From: Octopus sinensis | Taxonomy: Eukaryota | DNA length: 64,000 bases | Assembly (NCBI RefSeq): GCF_006345805.1 | Contig: NC_042998.1 | Span: 103,850,001 to 103,914,000, forward strand | Direction of reading: 5' to 3' | In this document: piece after piece, positions 41,480 through 55,653 of the stretch | Layout: each line of letters opens with the position of its first letter | Position numbering within the stretch: the first letter of the stretch is position 1 | Translations under genes and position numbers: made by a program | The notes under the pieces: generated by a model | Told to the model about the DNA's origin: nothing | Database searches by the model: none | What the model saw: only the letters and a program-made list of their open reading frames with translations

Positions 41480-41913
41480 TGAATAATATATAGTCTAATG
41501 ACTAATTCGTTTTTTGTGCTAGGCCACTGGTAATAATAATTTATTATTACCCTATTTTATTATATTTATACTTATGTAGATATGCATGTAATTTTATATG
41601 TGGGTTTTTAAGTGTTCGTTGCACAAGCTATATGAAATATCCAAACGTTGTTGGTTACTTTCGAACGTCATATGTAGTTCTCTCTGCCCCAATCTATTTT
41701 CCCCTTTTCTCTCGCTAGCTCTCTGTTTCTCTTTCCTTTCTTTTCTTTTTCTTCTCCACTGTTTTCTTCCTCCTCCCCATACTTAATATTTACTGATTTT
41801 TCCTTCTCTTCCTTTCGCCTGTAACTTGTATAAGCGTACGCCAGGAGATTTTAGGCCCTTGTATGTGTGCATATATATATATTATATATATATATATATC
41901 TATATATATATAT

Positions 41914-41952
<39 letters not shown>

Positions 41953-42499
41953 CGTAATCATCGTTACCGACCAGGCTATCAGATGTTACTACACATCGTT
42001 GGTCACAATTCGCTTCGCATTGTTTTAGCCTTCAAATAACGCCACCCCGCTGGCTAAGCGAACAGGCCAATTTATATATATATATATATATATATATACA
42101 TTTCTATGTATATATTCATGTTTTGTATATGTATGCAGCTAAGTACATGTATTTATATGTTTTAGTGTATATATGTATAGATGTTTTGGTATGTGCATGT
42201 ACTACTAAATGTATATGTAATCCAACGTGAAAATTTTTGTTTTAAACGGATATAACTTTTAATATATTAACTGATTAATATTTTACAAATATTTAGACTC
42301 TGTCCTTTATACACTATTTTTGATTTAAGGTTTTCGATCTTATAAGATGATTTTATACCGAATTTTGTTCATGGCACGCAACCAGTCATTATAAAGACCG
42401 TTAGTTGAAAGGACCAATGAAACAAAACCGTTTTCAAATGTGTATCCATTAAACTAATCGTATACATTTGCTTATCACCTTATTTTTGTTCCATTCTGA

Positions 42500-42590
42500 A
42501 CAAAACTGTCCGACGAACGGAAAGGTGAAACTCTGAATAACAGTTATTGTGATATTTTTGCTGCTTTTTAATAAAGTATATATATTTATA
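42500..42590 (+). mobile_element. Short PLE-type repeat with hammerhead-like motif; second copy ~46805-46885
   Basis: aactgt-ccgacga-acggaaaggt-gaaa-ctctgaat-a-acagtt followed by ttgtgatattt.tgctgctttt in both copies. Confidence 0.55.
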
Positions 42591-42787
42591 CATAAATATA
42601 TACATATTGCGTGGGTCTTGATATTTCCACATTCATGCCAAATGTGTGTGCGTGTATATATATATATACATATATGTGTGCGTGCGTATATATATATGTA
42701 TATGTGTGTGTCTGTATGTGTGTGGTTGTGTGGTGCGTTTATGTATGTGCGTATACATATAATTATATATATATATTCGTATATACA

Positions 42788-42825
<38 letters not shown>

Positions 42826-42829
42826 TATA

Positions 42830-42893
<64 letters not shown>

Positions 42894-43029
42894 CATACGT
42901 ACATATCCATATATATGTATATATTATACATGTATATATGTATATATATATATTTTAATATATATATACCACACAAACGTACGTAAATACATGCATATAC
43001 ATCTATATACATATATATATAAATCTATA

Positions 43030-43130
43030 TATAAAGTTAATCCAAACAAGAAAACAAATACAAAAAACAACAACGCAAGGACGTGGAGCAAATAAAGTAT
43101 TATTGGACGCTCAGGAAAGAAGGGAAGAAG
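43030..43130 (-). mobile_element. Truncated copy of the 54778-54960 repeat
   Basis: gttaatccaaacaaga...ggacgtggagcaaat..agtattattggacgctcaggaaagaagg matches 54778-54872; stops at the (GATA)n/LINE insertion. Confidence 0.7.
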
Positions 43131-43148
43131 GAATATAGATACATACAT

Positions 43149-43203
<55 letters not shown>

Positions 43204-43206
43204 TAC

Positions 43207-43279
<73 letters not shown>

Positions 43280-43351
43280 TATAGATAGATAGATATATAT
43301 ACAGATAGATAGATAGATAGATATACAGATAGATAGAATAGATAGATAGAT

Positions 43352-43690
43352 ATGTTTCTTATTAGCCACACAGGGCTGCACACAGATAGAACAAATTACA
43401 AGGTAGAGCTTTTCTTTTGAAGGTATTAAAAAAAAAAAAAAAAAAAAAAGGAAGGGGGAGGTTCGATCAAAAGGGATCGTAAAAGGAGAGAAAGAGGACA
43501 AAAATAAGGGGGGTTAAAAAAAAAAAACAAAAAAAAAGGGGGGAGAGGAAAAAAAATTATCAATAGGGATCGTTATCACAGAAATGTCAATATGAAGTGT
43601 AAAGGGGAGGACAGGTGAGGTTTACCCTGGAAAGAAAAGCCTGCGGAAAAGACCACGGTAACCTCGGTCAATGAAGTCACATTTTATATT

Positions 43691-43724
<34 letters not shown>

Positions 43725-44629
43725 AAATAAGCAACTCTCTGTTTTCGATTTCTGGGTTCATAGGACTATGCTCAAGGTGGCTTCGTCATTCATACGTGCA
43801 TTCTTGCTACATTCACCCATCTTTTTTTAAAACATTCGCTAGACAAAACTTGCCTCTCTACTCTCACTTTCTTTTCAAGTGGTACTTGAAGAAGTTGATG
43901 AGAGATTGACCAGAGAGGAAGTGTTTGTCTCCAATCCTTTCAGACGCGTCCACCAGATACATTCTTTCGCCATAGCCACAGGATGATGAAAATAGCTCTT
44001 CCTTCCCGTTTGAAGGAAGGAGGCGTGACAATATTGACGATAGACTCAGCTGATAAACCGACTCGTCCCACACGTGACAGCAGTTGTTCGACATAAGCCC
44101 ACACAGTCGGAAATTGTTGGACACTGAACGAGTGCGTGCAGAACGGTTTCGTCGCTCTGACCGCATCTCGGGCAGGTCGGCCCCGTGTTTCTCGAGCCGT
44201 GTCGTAGAGCTTATCCCGAACGGGTAGCGCTTCTCGGTAGCACTGCCAGGCCAGGGATCTCTGGAAGTTGTCCATGGGCCCTGGCCCGAAAGTCGTCCCG
44301 AACAGGCGGGTCAGGTACTCCTCGTCGACGTCCAGGTTCGCCCCGAGCTCGTCGTCGTACCTCCCCTCCACTAAACCCCTATAGAATGCTTTGGTTGTGT
44401 TGAAGTCACTTAAGGTCGACCCAGGACGGCAGAGTTGCTTGAGCAACGCGACACTCGCGGTGCCATTCGCCCTTCCTCGGCCTCTTTTTGATCCACGACT
44501 GCAGTTCGGTCATGGAGACGAGCTGCGGGAAAGCGTTGCCTCACAAACGGCGACCACACCTGTTCACCGTCGTCTACATAGAGCCAGAGAGTCGCAGTCT
44601 CAGCGCGTGTCTGCTGCGTATCATCAACC

Positions 44630-44630
<1 letters not shown>
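43352..44630 (-). mobile_element. L1/Tx1-clade LINE, copy 3 (5'-truncated)
   Basis: Nearly colinear with 3161-4440, differing mostly by 1-nt indels; same 3' terminus; (GATA)n on both sides. Confidence 0.95.
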
Positions 44631-44698
<68 letters not shown>

Positions 44699-44734
44699 AT
44701 ACAGATAGATAGATTGATAGATAGATAGATAGAT

Positions 44735-44771
<37 letters not shown>

Positions 44772-45767
44772 CTTAACGGTGCATCAATGTGAAGAATGGA
44801 GCCTGTTCACGGAGACCTACACACAGATACACACGTACGCACGAACACACACACACACGCACACACATAAACTTGTATTTCCCTGGTAATATATATGTAA
44901 AAATAAGTTGTGCGAAGATGTTTTGCTATTTTAATGAATATGATTATAAATTTATTTAAATGCATATCTTGTAACAATTATTTCAATGTTTGCACTAAAT
45001 GAATTAAGCATTTATGATTGTTATCTTCACCTTCTTTCAAGTTATGCATTTATTTGTATATAAGAGAGTGAAAAGACAAGTATAGCCTATGATATTTTAA
45101 ATGCATTAAATATTATTCAATAAAAAGGACCCTCGAGTTTCGCTTAGATGTTGTTCCCCCTCGTTTGTTATTTCTCCTTCACTCTTTCTGCATTTCTCTC
45201 CTTTTGTCACTCCCCTCGCTCTCTCTCTCTCTCTCGTACACAAGCACACACTCACACACACACACACACACACGCACACACACACGCACACATACACACA
45301 CACACTTCATTCGACTCTTTAAAAGGACACTTATGGTCCAAATGCTCTTGACATTGTGGTTTGTCGTGCACTGTTCTTTGTATAATAACAGCGCCGGCCT
45401 TCTACAGCCAAGTGCTGTGTTTACAAAAGACTTTTTAGGACAAGGGCGGTGATTCTGTATAGTTGACACATCCGACTAATAAACTACGAGAACCCCCACC
45501 ATTGTACAAGCCTCTCTTTAACGTAACACAGAAACAGATTTTTCTGTTCTTTTTATTTTATTTATTTATCTATTCATTTTCTTTCTTTTTTTTTTTTGAA
45601 ATAGTGTTTTAAAAAATATAGATGAGTAGGATAAAGAAGATGAAGAAAGAGAAACGTATGATCGTAGAAAAGAGGATAAAATAATAGAAAATTTAAGATT
45701 AATCAGAAACATAAGAGAAGCGTAGTATATCACTTGTATGCCTATATGTCGTAAATGTGTAAATATA

Positions 45768-45832
<65 letters not shown>

Positions 45833-45917
45833 GTATATATATATGTGTGTGTGTATATGTATACATGTATATATATATGCATATGTATTTATGTATGTAT
45901 TTATGTATGTATAAGAG

Positions 45918-46072
45918 AGGCTGTGTGGTAAGTAGCTTCAGTCCCACTGCGTGGCACCATGAGCAAATTACCTCTTCTATAGCCTCGGGTCGACCAAAGC
46001 TTTGTGAGTGGATTTAGTAGACGGAAACTGAAAGAACCTGTCGTATATATATATATTATATATATATATATA

Positions 46073-46111
<39 letters not shown>

Positions 46112-46323
46112 AGTGTGTCTGTGTGTTTGACTCCCAATCATCGCTTAACAACCGATGTTGGTGTGTTTATATCCCCCGTAACTTAGCAGTTCGGCAAAAG
46201 AATCCGACAGAATAAGTACTAGGCTTACAAAGAATAAGTCCTGGGATCGACGTGTTCGACTAAAGAGACGGTGTTCCAGCATGACCGTAGTCAAGTAACT
46301 GAAACAGATAAAAGAATAACAGA
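45918..46323 (+). mobile_element. SINE family A with a deletion in the head
   Basis: Homologous to 27743-28162; the segment between gtagctt and cagtccc is missing. Confidence 0.82.
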
Positions 46324-46341
46324 ATATATATATATATATAG

Positions 46342-46433
<92 letters not shown>

Positions 46434-46776
46434 TGTATATAAGGATATATTTATATTGTAGGACTATACCTTTTAATATGTTTATATATATTTCTCATGT
46501 TTTTGTATAGATTTTCATAATTTGACGAACATATATTTTTAATATATTTGGTGTTTGAAATTTTTAGTATTGTCTCGGTGTTGAACTTTCTAATTAGAGA
46601 TATATTAAATATATTTTAATTCTTCCTTTTGACTCGGTTTATATTCTAATGTGTTTGAATTGTCGAACCTGTCTAATATCTCATCTTTAATTTGAAAAAT
46701 ATTTATATGTATAGATATGTGTTTGTAAGTATGTATGAATGTATGTTTGCATATATATATATATGTATGTATGCAT

Positions 46777-46807
<31 letters not shown>

Positions 46808-46879
46808 AACTGTCCGACGAACGGGAACGTGAAACTCTGATTAACATTTTTTGTGATATTTCTGCTGCTTTTAAATGAA

Positions 46880-46925
<46 letters not shown>

Positions 46926-46929
<4 letters not shown>

Positions 46930-46975
46930 GGGTTATTCAAAAAGAACGGACCGATTTCATTACACAATATTTTAA
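46926..46975 (+). mobile_element. Possible Tc1/mariner terminal fragment
   Basis: TA|CAGGGTTATTCAAAAAGAACGGACCGATTTC resembles mariner termini; no partner TIR seen. Confidence 0.3.
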
Positions 46976-47099
46976 TAAGGTAAAGCAATAGAAAACTCCC
47001 GCTAACTCATAATCAACTTTTGTAACCATGTGTATAGGCTTGTATTCGTAAATGTTAGATGACGAAGGATAAAAACTCAAGCTATCTCCTCAAATTATG

Positions 47100-47900
47100 A
47101 TGAGGGTAACGGTGATGGTGGAAGAGATAAACGGTTCACTCTTATATATCAATTAGAACTCTGAACGACTGGAGTTCTTCAATATAATGCGTTTCACTGT
47201 CAAGTAGAGTTTGCGATTTTTCAGTGCTTTTCAACTCATGTTGTAATGAGGCGTTTTCCTTTAAATTTCCATACATGTCTTGCCAGATTTGTAGCATTAC
47301 GGCTTTCTTTGATATTTAACGAGGAATTGTGGTAATGAGCCCTGGTTATGAAAAGGCCGTCCGTTGCACTTATTTATTTCTGTATTTTGGTCACTCGAAT
47401 GAGATTCTTCAACACTTCCTGTGCCTCGTATTGCCAGATTCAGTATTATGTTGCCCATTTATTGTTGACCTCTGTGTTACGTTAGGGCGTATTTGCTTAT
47501 ATTTTGTTTATGCGGGTACATAACTAAAAGAGGCCCTCAAAATATGCATATTAAAGATTTCTCAGTAACTATATGTCTGGGGTAAATAATAATCATGCCT
47601 TCATAAGTTTGTTACAATATGAAAAAATAGGAGTGTAAACTATATAACCTCACGGTGGCATTTTCTCTCTTGGTTTGGTTAGTATCAGGCATGTAACCAA
47701 GCTTATATTTCATATCACTGGCAACCAAGACCGCATTGTAGGACTGGGCCGTGGCGTCGTAGATTTCCTTGTCCGAAGATAGGTTGAAACTCTCCTTCTG
47801 AACTGACTTCACCAGTTTCCCAAAAGCTATGGCTGAATGGCAGAAAGATTTATTAATATGTCAGACTCACATTTGGTTTCCGTAAAATATCTATGTACCA
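47100..47900 (-). mobile_element. Decayed Penelope-like element (RT C-terminus to GIY-YIG)
   Basis: NLSSDKEIYDATAQSYNAVLVASDMKYKLGYMP (ORF 47612..47812), then HYHNSSLNIKESRNATNLARHVWKFK in broken frames. Confidence 0.6.
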
Positions 47901-49660
47901 GTGTCTCGGTTAAATTCACCCTCCTTCATATTACTCCGATGGACTAACTAAACCGACTTTTGCTCATTTCATTTTGGTCTGTTCTGGGTGCTTTCATTCA
48001 CGAATTTCGTTCCGGTTTTTACAAAATATTAAGACGCATCAACCGGACGACCTGATGCATTCAGGGCGCTATTGACAAAGAATCAAGCCTAACTATTTCA
48101 TACAGCCACTTTTGATGAATGGTGGATTCGATTTATCTCTGCTATGAAACCATTTGCTTATATGCGTATCAAGAGCTACACTTTTATATAAACGATAAAA
48201 ATAATAATGTACTAGTCTGTTACCTATATATGACTGCCTGCTTCATTTCTGGCTCACAAACTTTTTGGTCAACTATATGTATATGCATGCATTCATGCAT
48301 ACATACATGCATGCATACATACATACATATGTATGCACTCACATACACATACAGCGCACATCTAATAACAAATATGGAAGCACATATACACACATTTTGT
48401 GCATATATATATATATGTGTGTGTGTGTATAAGTACGTATGTATATTTATCTGTGTATATACATACATACATATATTCTTTATACTCAGTGTGTGTAAAC
48501 GCAAATACTGTATATCTATATATATATATATATATATAGTGTGGGGGTGCGTGTGTGTGCACTCGCACTTTGTATGTAATGATGGTAATGATCTGACATT
48601 ACTTCCCGACAGATGGTTTTAAATATGGTTAGATATCCAAGCAGATTTGGCTGACCGAGCCGTGTATTGTAGTGTTGTTACTTTAGCCACACCTGAAACA
48701 TTAGCGGTAAGTAGCAGGGGTCCCCAGCAACTCCATTGTAAAACATGGCTGTCTGTTATGTTGCCGAGAAATCGGGCACCCTGCAATGTGCAACTTTTGC
48801 TCTATAGTGGTAAAGGGAGAAACGGAAAAAGGAGATAGTCAGGAAAAAAAGGGAGATAGAAAGAGAGAGAGAGAGTTTAAGAGAAGCATGTACAGATAGT
48901 AATGCCGAAGAAAAGAAAAAGATAATGGAAAGAAAAGGCAAAACTTTCAAAAGTATAAAATACACAGACATGACACACACGCAGACATATACGAAAATTA
49001 CTCACAAAAAGCTAGCAAGAGTGACAACAATAGCAACAGCAACAGCAACAACATTAGCAACAAACACTCACAGACATACATAAAACGAACAGCTAATACA
49101 CTTCTGAGAATAACAATAAAAGCTATATATATTTGGGTGTAGGAAACTTGAGGACAGCTCATAGTTACGTTGGTCTTTTGTGGATAAAACAACCAGCACT
49201 CAACGTGCACTCAACTTCTACATTTATTGTTTTTGCCATACTTTCTTGAAAAAAAAAAAACACCGTTCTTTTGCCAACAGGCATTGTGTTTGTGTTATCT
49301 GCACAACAGAGAGACCATATTAATAGGCCTGTGCTGGCCTACTTGCTCCCGTGTGTCTTGTTAAATTTAGTGCCGTTATTTTTATTTATATATTTATTTC
49401 ATTCACATTTTTATTTTTCCCTGCATTATTTAAACGCTTTATTTCGATGCATTTTTCTTATTATTTCTCTATTAATGAATTCATTTATTTGAACAGTGGT
49501 GGCGATTGACGTCCCATTACTCTTACGAGTTCAGATACCTCTGAGATCAAATTTACCTCATATTTTTCGTGTAGCTCGATGAAATATAGTACCAGTCAAG
49601 TGCATGATCGATTTCAATGACTAAACCCTTCATTGAAATTATTGCTATCATTATTAATAG

Positions 49661-49970
49661 TAAGGCGAAGGCAGCAAGCTGGTTGAATTGTTAGCACGCC
49701 GGGCGAAATGCTTAGCGTTATTTCATCTGCCTTTACGTTCTGAGTTCAAATTCTGCCGAGGTTGACTTTGCCTTTCGTCCTTTCGGGGTGGATAAATTAA
49801 GTATCAGTTGCGTACTGGGGCCGATCTAATCGACTGGCCCCGTCCCCCAAAATTGCGGACCTTGTGCCTAGAGAAAAAAAGACTCGTTAGCGCCCCGGGC
49901 ATAATGCTTAGCCACATTTCGTCAGTTTTTAGTTCCACCGAGGTCAACTTTGCCTTTCATCCTTTAAAAC
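49661..49970 (+). mobile_element. SINE family B, full copy (49661-49882) plus partial second copy
   Basis: gaggttgactttgcctttcgtcctttcggggtggataaattaagta; repeated partially at 49886-49967. Confidence 0.85.
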
Positions 49971-50085
49971 CATTGCTATTATTGTTATTGTTATTGTTCC
50001 TGTTGTTGTTGTTGTTGTACGTAATAGGTCGATGGTATCAGCTAACCCCTTTCTTGAAAACTGTAGTAACGCGTGCTTAGATTAA

Positions 50086-51501
50086 CACGTTGGCTCCCTA
50101 GCCTCATTTTACGTTTTATACCAGAATCCCAATCCGATATCTTAATTAATTTTGACATGAACAGCGTAATACTTTTACACTATACCATATTTGAAAAGGA
50201 TCATTTAGGTAGAGTTAGAGACCCACGTCTTACAAGATGGGTCGTGTGGAAATTCATATCACATCCTAGATATCACACGACTTACCCGTGGGTTGTGTGG
50301 AAATTTAGAGATATAACTATTACATGCATACTGACTCTTGTTTCTCTCTTTTCAGGTTATTAATAGCCTATAATTTGCAAATTAGCATAATCTCGATTAG
50401 CAAACATAAATATAAGTTAGCTATACCAGGTATTCTAAAAGGCTCCATAAAGGACAGATTACTGACATGCAACAATATGATGGAATTGTAGTGGCAAAGT
50501 GGAAGGATAGGCGTGATGTACAAATGTTATCTAGGAAACAGGCGCTTAGCTTCAGGGAAACATGGTGAAGAGTGAATGATAAGGAAGTAAAGAAGCTAGA
50601 AATAATTCTCTGCTACAATGCACTGAAACAGGAAATAGATATCTCTGATCAAATGGCGAGCTACTTCGAAAAAGCTCTTAGATTAGCATCAGAGGGTATC
50701 ACAAGAGGGTGGCAGATGGTATCACCAGTTTTTGAATACCTGCTCAACACACCTGTAGTAGATACTTTAGTGAGACTTCGAAAGAACAATCAGCAGCAGT
50801 AAGTGCAGATTGCCGAGTTTAGAAACTCTATTATTGAATCACTCTGTGATGTGAACAATCACCCACCAAGAGCTGCAAGCACTAGTACCCGCCATAACTT
50901 GAAAAGATGCAGTGAAAGGGACAGATCGAACAGAATAGTTCGTAAAAGATGTCTAGGCTGTTACAGCGAAATGAGAATAACAACGAGTGCAAGGGAAGGA
51001 GATAAAAAAACCCACAAAAGAGTAAGCACATATTGTACTGATGCACAGGTAATCCTTCTCTTTGTCTTAACTAGGAATATTGGTCAATTAAAATTTTTAG
51101 GTTGGAAGATCTCGAAATCTTTTGAAAAAGAACTATTTTAGTTTCCATGGCTAGTAAATCTATTTTTCCTTACCTTCTGTTTCTATTTGAAAATCTACCA
51201 ATTTTTTTCTAAATCGAACTAGCTATTTTTGCTTCATTGGCAAATAAAATTTTCTCAATGCTCAATCTTATATTTTACCTTAGTACAAGGAGAAATCAGA
51301 AGTAAAACAAAAAAATACATTTTTAAAATCTATAAAAATTTGTTCTCTTAGTGTACAAAAAGCACAAATCAAAGCAATTGGTGCATACTAGCTCTCATAC
51401 AGCCTATAGGAATGAAATCAAAAACGATCCGGTGGTAGGTCAAGCGGGACTCGCTAACACACCACCACGACCTACCGGCAGGACGTGGGTGAGTCGACGT
51501 G
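50086..51501 (+). mobile_element. Internally deleted piggyBac transposon
   Basis: TTAA at 50082-50085 and 51502-51505; TIRs CACGTTGGCTCCC / GTGAGTCGACGTG (10/13); transposase remnants KWKDRRDVQMLS, YNALKQEIDISDQM and Cys-rich RKRCLGCY...STYC. Confidence 0.9.
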
Positions 51502-52072
51502 TTAAAAACAATTAAGTATGCATTAATTAAAGTTGGCTGTTGTCAGAATCTTTAAAGCGAAGAGAAAAAAATACCTTGCTATTTGTATTTCAACTCTTGC
51601 TTTCAAATCACGCCATTGTCAAAATTAGCAAAATATCAGTGAAATACTGGCATAAAAGTTATTTAATACTACCCGCCACCCCCGAAAATATGTTGGCTTT
51701 GTATGGAAATTCGAAACTATTATGTAATTGCTAACTTTTTTGTTATTTTTTGTTATTTGTTTTAATTTTGTTTTGAGCGTGTCGTTCTTACTATTTTGTT
51801 TCCTTTATTTTCTTTGACAAATTCCCTCTTCTACTTTCACTATATTTTAAATAAAGAATTCGTTGATATATTATGTGTTCTTGTTGCCAATTTGGCAACT
51901 TGGCAAGTACAACAAACAAAAGCGCACAATAAACCATATATACAAATATACACGCGCACGAACACACAGATATACACAAAAACACCCACTCAATCACAAA
52001 CCTTCAAATGTACACGCATACACATAGACACATTACAAACATATACAAAATCCATACATACTCACACACACA

Positions 52073-52111
<39 letters not shown>

Positions 52112-52629
52112 ATGAATGCTAACTAAAAAAAAACGCCGCGAAGCGTTCAACATTTCCTCTGAAGTTCTACAACGGCGCTAGGATTAGATAAATGTTGTAA
52201 GCCTGTTTCCCTGCATGAACTGGAATAGATATGAAACTACACTAGAGTAGATTTCTTGAGGTACGCTGATGGTAAGAGTGGATGAGCACCAAACACATCC
52301 AAGTAAACAAATCATAGCCACCTTCAGATGATTCGACGTGAATATAACAACAGGAACTGGCCTGATCTCTCCCAAAACTTTAGACACAACGCTGAAACTA
52401 ACATGAAATCCATACGAATCCTATTTGAAATTAATCTCTGTATATACATTCAAAGTCTAGCCATCTACCAAATGCTTTTAAGTAACAAACACGACGCACA
52501 TACACACACATATGCATTTTATATGCATAACCAGTTGTATGTGTGTGTGTTCACATATGAACATATATATATAATATTATATATATATACATATATATAT
52601 TATAAATCACATATATATGTATACATACG

Positions 52630-52690
<61 letters not shown>

Positions 52691-52727
52691 ATATATATAT
52701 ATATATATACACACACAAATGTACATA

Positions 52728-52900
52728 TCTATTATATAAAATCCGTTCTGTCTGTCTTCTAGGATCTCCGGCATCCTCCATCCGATTGAGCTCAAATTTG
52801 ATATGTAGATACCGACGGTATCAGGGCGTCTATAAGTCTTGAAAAAATTACAAAAATCGATTCCAGGTGAGAATGCCGCGGGAACGTGCATTTGTAAAAT
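52728..52900 (+). mobile_element. 5' fragment of a non-autonomous Helitron-like element
   Basis: A|TCTATTATATAAAA...TCTGTCTGTC start resembles the 60277 element; no CTAG end found. Confidence 0.4.
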
Positions 52901-53816
52901 CGTTTTTCTTGCAGTAGCTTAAAATCTATCTTTATTTCTTCTTTTGCTGGTGTCTCAAATTTAGATTAAATCATTAACAAGTTGTTTTGTGAAAATTTGG
53001 TTTAAATGTTTGACAACTCAGCAAGGGGTTTTGCTCGTATATATATATATATATACACCGACAGACAAACACAATAGTGAGAGCTGAGTTTATACAGTAA
53101 AAACAAGAAAAAACATGGTAATCAAAAGGATTTGAATTAAAACTCCGAATTCTTTGTCTTGGGCAAGGCTCGCACCGGCAAGATTGGCTATAAGCGGGAT
53201 TCAAATCCATGTATGTATGTACCTTCGTAAGTAAATATGTGACTGTGTATAGAAATACGTTTGTTATTTACATCATATGTATGCAATTCATTTCTCTATT
53301 TTTGTAGGCAGTATCTATACATATAACTCTGAATATTATATTGTTAGATTTTTCATTTATATATCATTCAAATTATGTTTGACTCTACCCTAACCTATAT
53401 TTAAGTGTAACTACAATTGCATATTTAAATTTATATACAGCACAAAACCTTTGTTTTTGTACATAATAGACTGTATTTGAATTTCATCGACATTCCAATT
53501 ATTTGATACAAGAAAGTAATTTTTTAGCGGAAGTGTTATTCTAGTCACTGAAATGTTTCTTAGTTACTGACTATTGTAATACATAAAGCAATTACTTATT
53601 ACAATGAGTTAGTCTGCTAGACAATACAGTTGGAAGAATATATTAAGTCATAAACTTTCTTTATGGAAATCTTCCAAATACCATTATGATTAATTACCAT
53701 ACGATCTGCTGCCTGTGTGCAGTGTGCGTGCTATGAAAGAGTGAGAAAGGGGAAGGGAGAGAGGTTGGGAGTTGGGGGGAGGGGGAGAAAGAGGGAGAGG
53801 AAGAGAAAGAAGGAGA

Positions 53817-53850
<34 letters not shown>

Positions 53851-54510
53851 AGAAGTCCTATGTTGCTACAGCAATTACGTTATTAATGACCTTCTTGAAG
53901 AAACAAAGATCAAAACCTGCTACAAAGCTAGGTATTAAATCTGTATAAATCTTCATAATATCTCGTGGCCCTTTTTCCATGCAGAACGAGACGTTTACAT
54001 GATCAATTATCTTCGCAGGCTTTCTAGAATAGTTAGTTTCCACTTTTGTTGTTCAGTAAGAACATATGAAAGTGGCTTTACAATTAAAACGTTTGCAATT
54101 AAAGCGAAAACAGGCGCTTCTGAGTACGATTCTAATGCGCAACACCATGAGTGAATATAGTCTCTCACATGTTCGTGAGTGTGTATTATTTTCACCTTAG
54201 TATATCAGCGTAAGATGTAAGCATCGACGAGAAATACGTGGAACAGTTCAACTTTCCGAGTCAATAAATTAAATACTAGTCCAAGATTGGTGCTGTTGTT
54301 ATAACACTGGGAGAGCCGCTTACCGCTTCCTGTTCCAGTTGCTTCTGCCAAAGTGCCAGTGCTGACAGAAACGCTCAATTCAACCTCCATTTCACCATCG
54401 GGAACCATAACATTATGTATCAACAACAAGTTGAGATTTTCTTCCACCAACAAACCAGTAGACCTCTCTATTCAATCACTCCCGACATAGTCGCCTCTCT
54501 TGCCGAAGAA

Positions 54511-54561
54511 GCCACGCAGTGGGACTGAACCCGGAGCCATGTGGTTGAAAGGCCACGCCTG
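54511..54561 (-). mobile_element. SINE family A head fragment
   Basis: gccacgcagtgggactgaacccggagccatgtggttg. Confidence 0.7.
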
Positions 54562-54571
54562 AATATATATG

Positions 54572-54681
<110 letters not shown>

Positions 54682-54743
54682 TGTATGTATGTATGTATGT
54701 ATGTATGTGTATATATCATGTATATATGAATATGTGAGTGAAC

Positions 54744-54774
<31 letters not shown>

Positions 54775-54777
54775 TAT

Positions 54778-54960
54778 AGTTAATCCAAACAAGAAACCAC
54801 AAAAAAACACAACAACGCGAGGACATGGAACAAATATAGTATTATTGGACGCACAGGAAAGAAGGAAAGAAGGAGGGTTTAACGTTTCGAGCGGAGCTCT
54901 TCGTCGGAAACATAGAAGGAAAAATCCAGAGAAGGGAAGACAGAGGAAAAAAATCGCCAA
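54778..54960 (-). mobile_element. Short PLE-type terminal repeat with hammerhead-like motif
   Basis: Minus strand gttt-ccgacga-a-gagc-tcc-gctc-gaaacgt-t-aaac (54877-54911); ends in (TA)n. Confidence 0.7.
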
Positions 54961-55149
54961 CGGTACACACCCATATATATATATATTTAAATGTGTGTAA
55001 GTGTGCGTATGCAAACACGAGCATCTGTGTACGTATATGCATGCGCGTGTTGGTACGCTTATACATGTTTATGTTTGTGTGTGTGTGTGTGTATGTGTGT
55101 ATGTGTGTATATCCGAGTATTGAATCTTAAAGGTCAGCTAAGGAAAATC

Positions 55150-55580
55150 GCGTGTGTAACCAACCATGAAGAACAAATCAGCAGTACAAACGAGTAAAAT
55201 GATAATCCCATTAAAACAGCAACCATTTTAACAGTACCAATTTCACCATCCAACCACATTTACATATTCAAAGCAGTTTACCAATGCATCAATGCATCCT
55301 GATAAGATCAGTGACTGCTAGTAACTTCAGGCCACGACAGAGAGAGGGGACGTCCTTGAAGCTGAGGATTTCAAACTTAAAGAGACAATATTTACACATC
55401 ACCTAAAGAAACACAACTAGATCTCATAATGCAAGAAACCAGCTGCGTGGTCAAGTACCCTTTCTTGTTGACTCTAATTTTATACATATACACACACACA
55501 CTTATATATATGAATGTATGTATATACACATATATATCTAAACACACACACACACACACAACACACACACACACCACACG

Positions 55581-55653
<73 letters not shown>

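Noticed and set aside
54205-54453. Minus ORF with donor G|GTAAGC near 54320
   Set aside because: No credible acceptor and no recognisable peptide; it abuts a SINE fragment.
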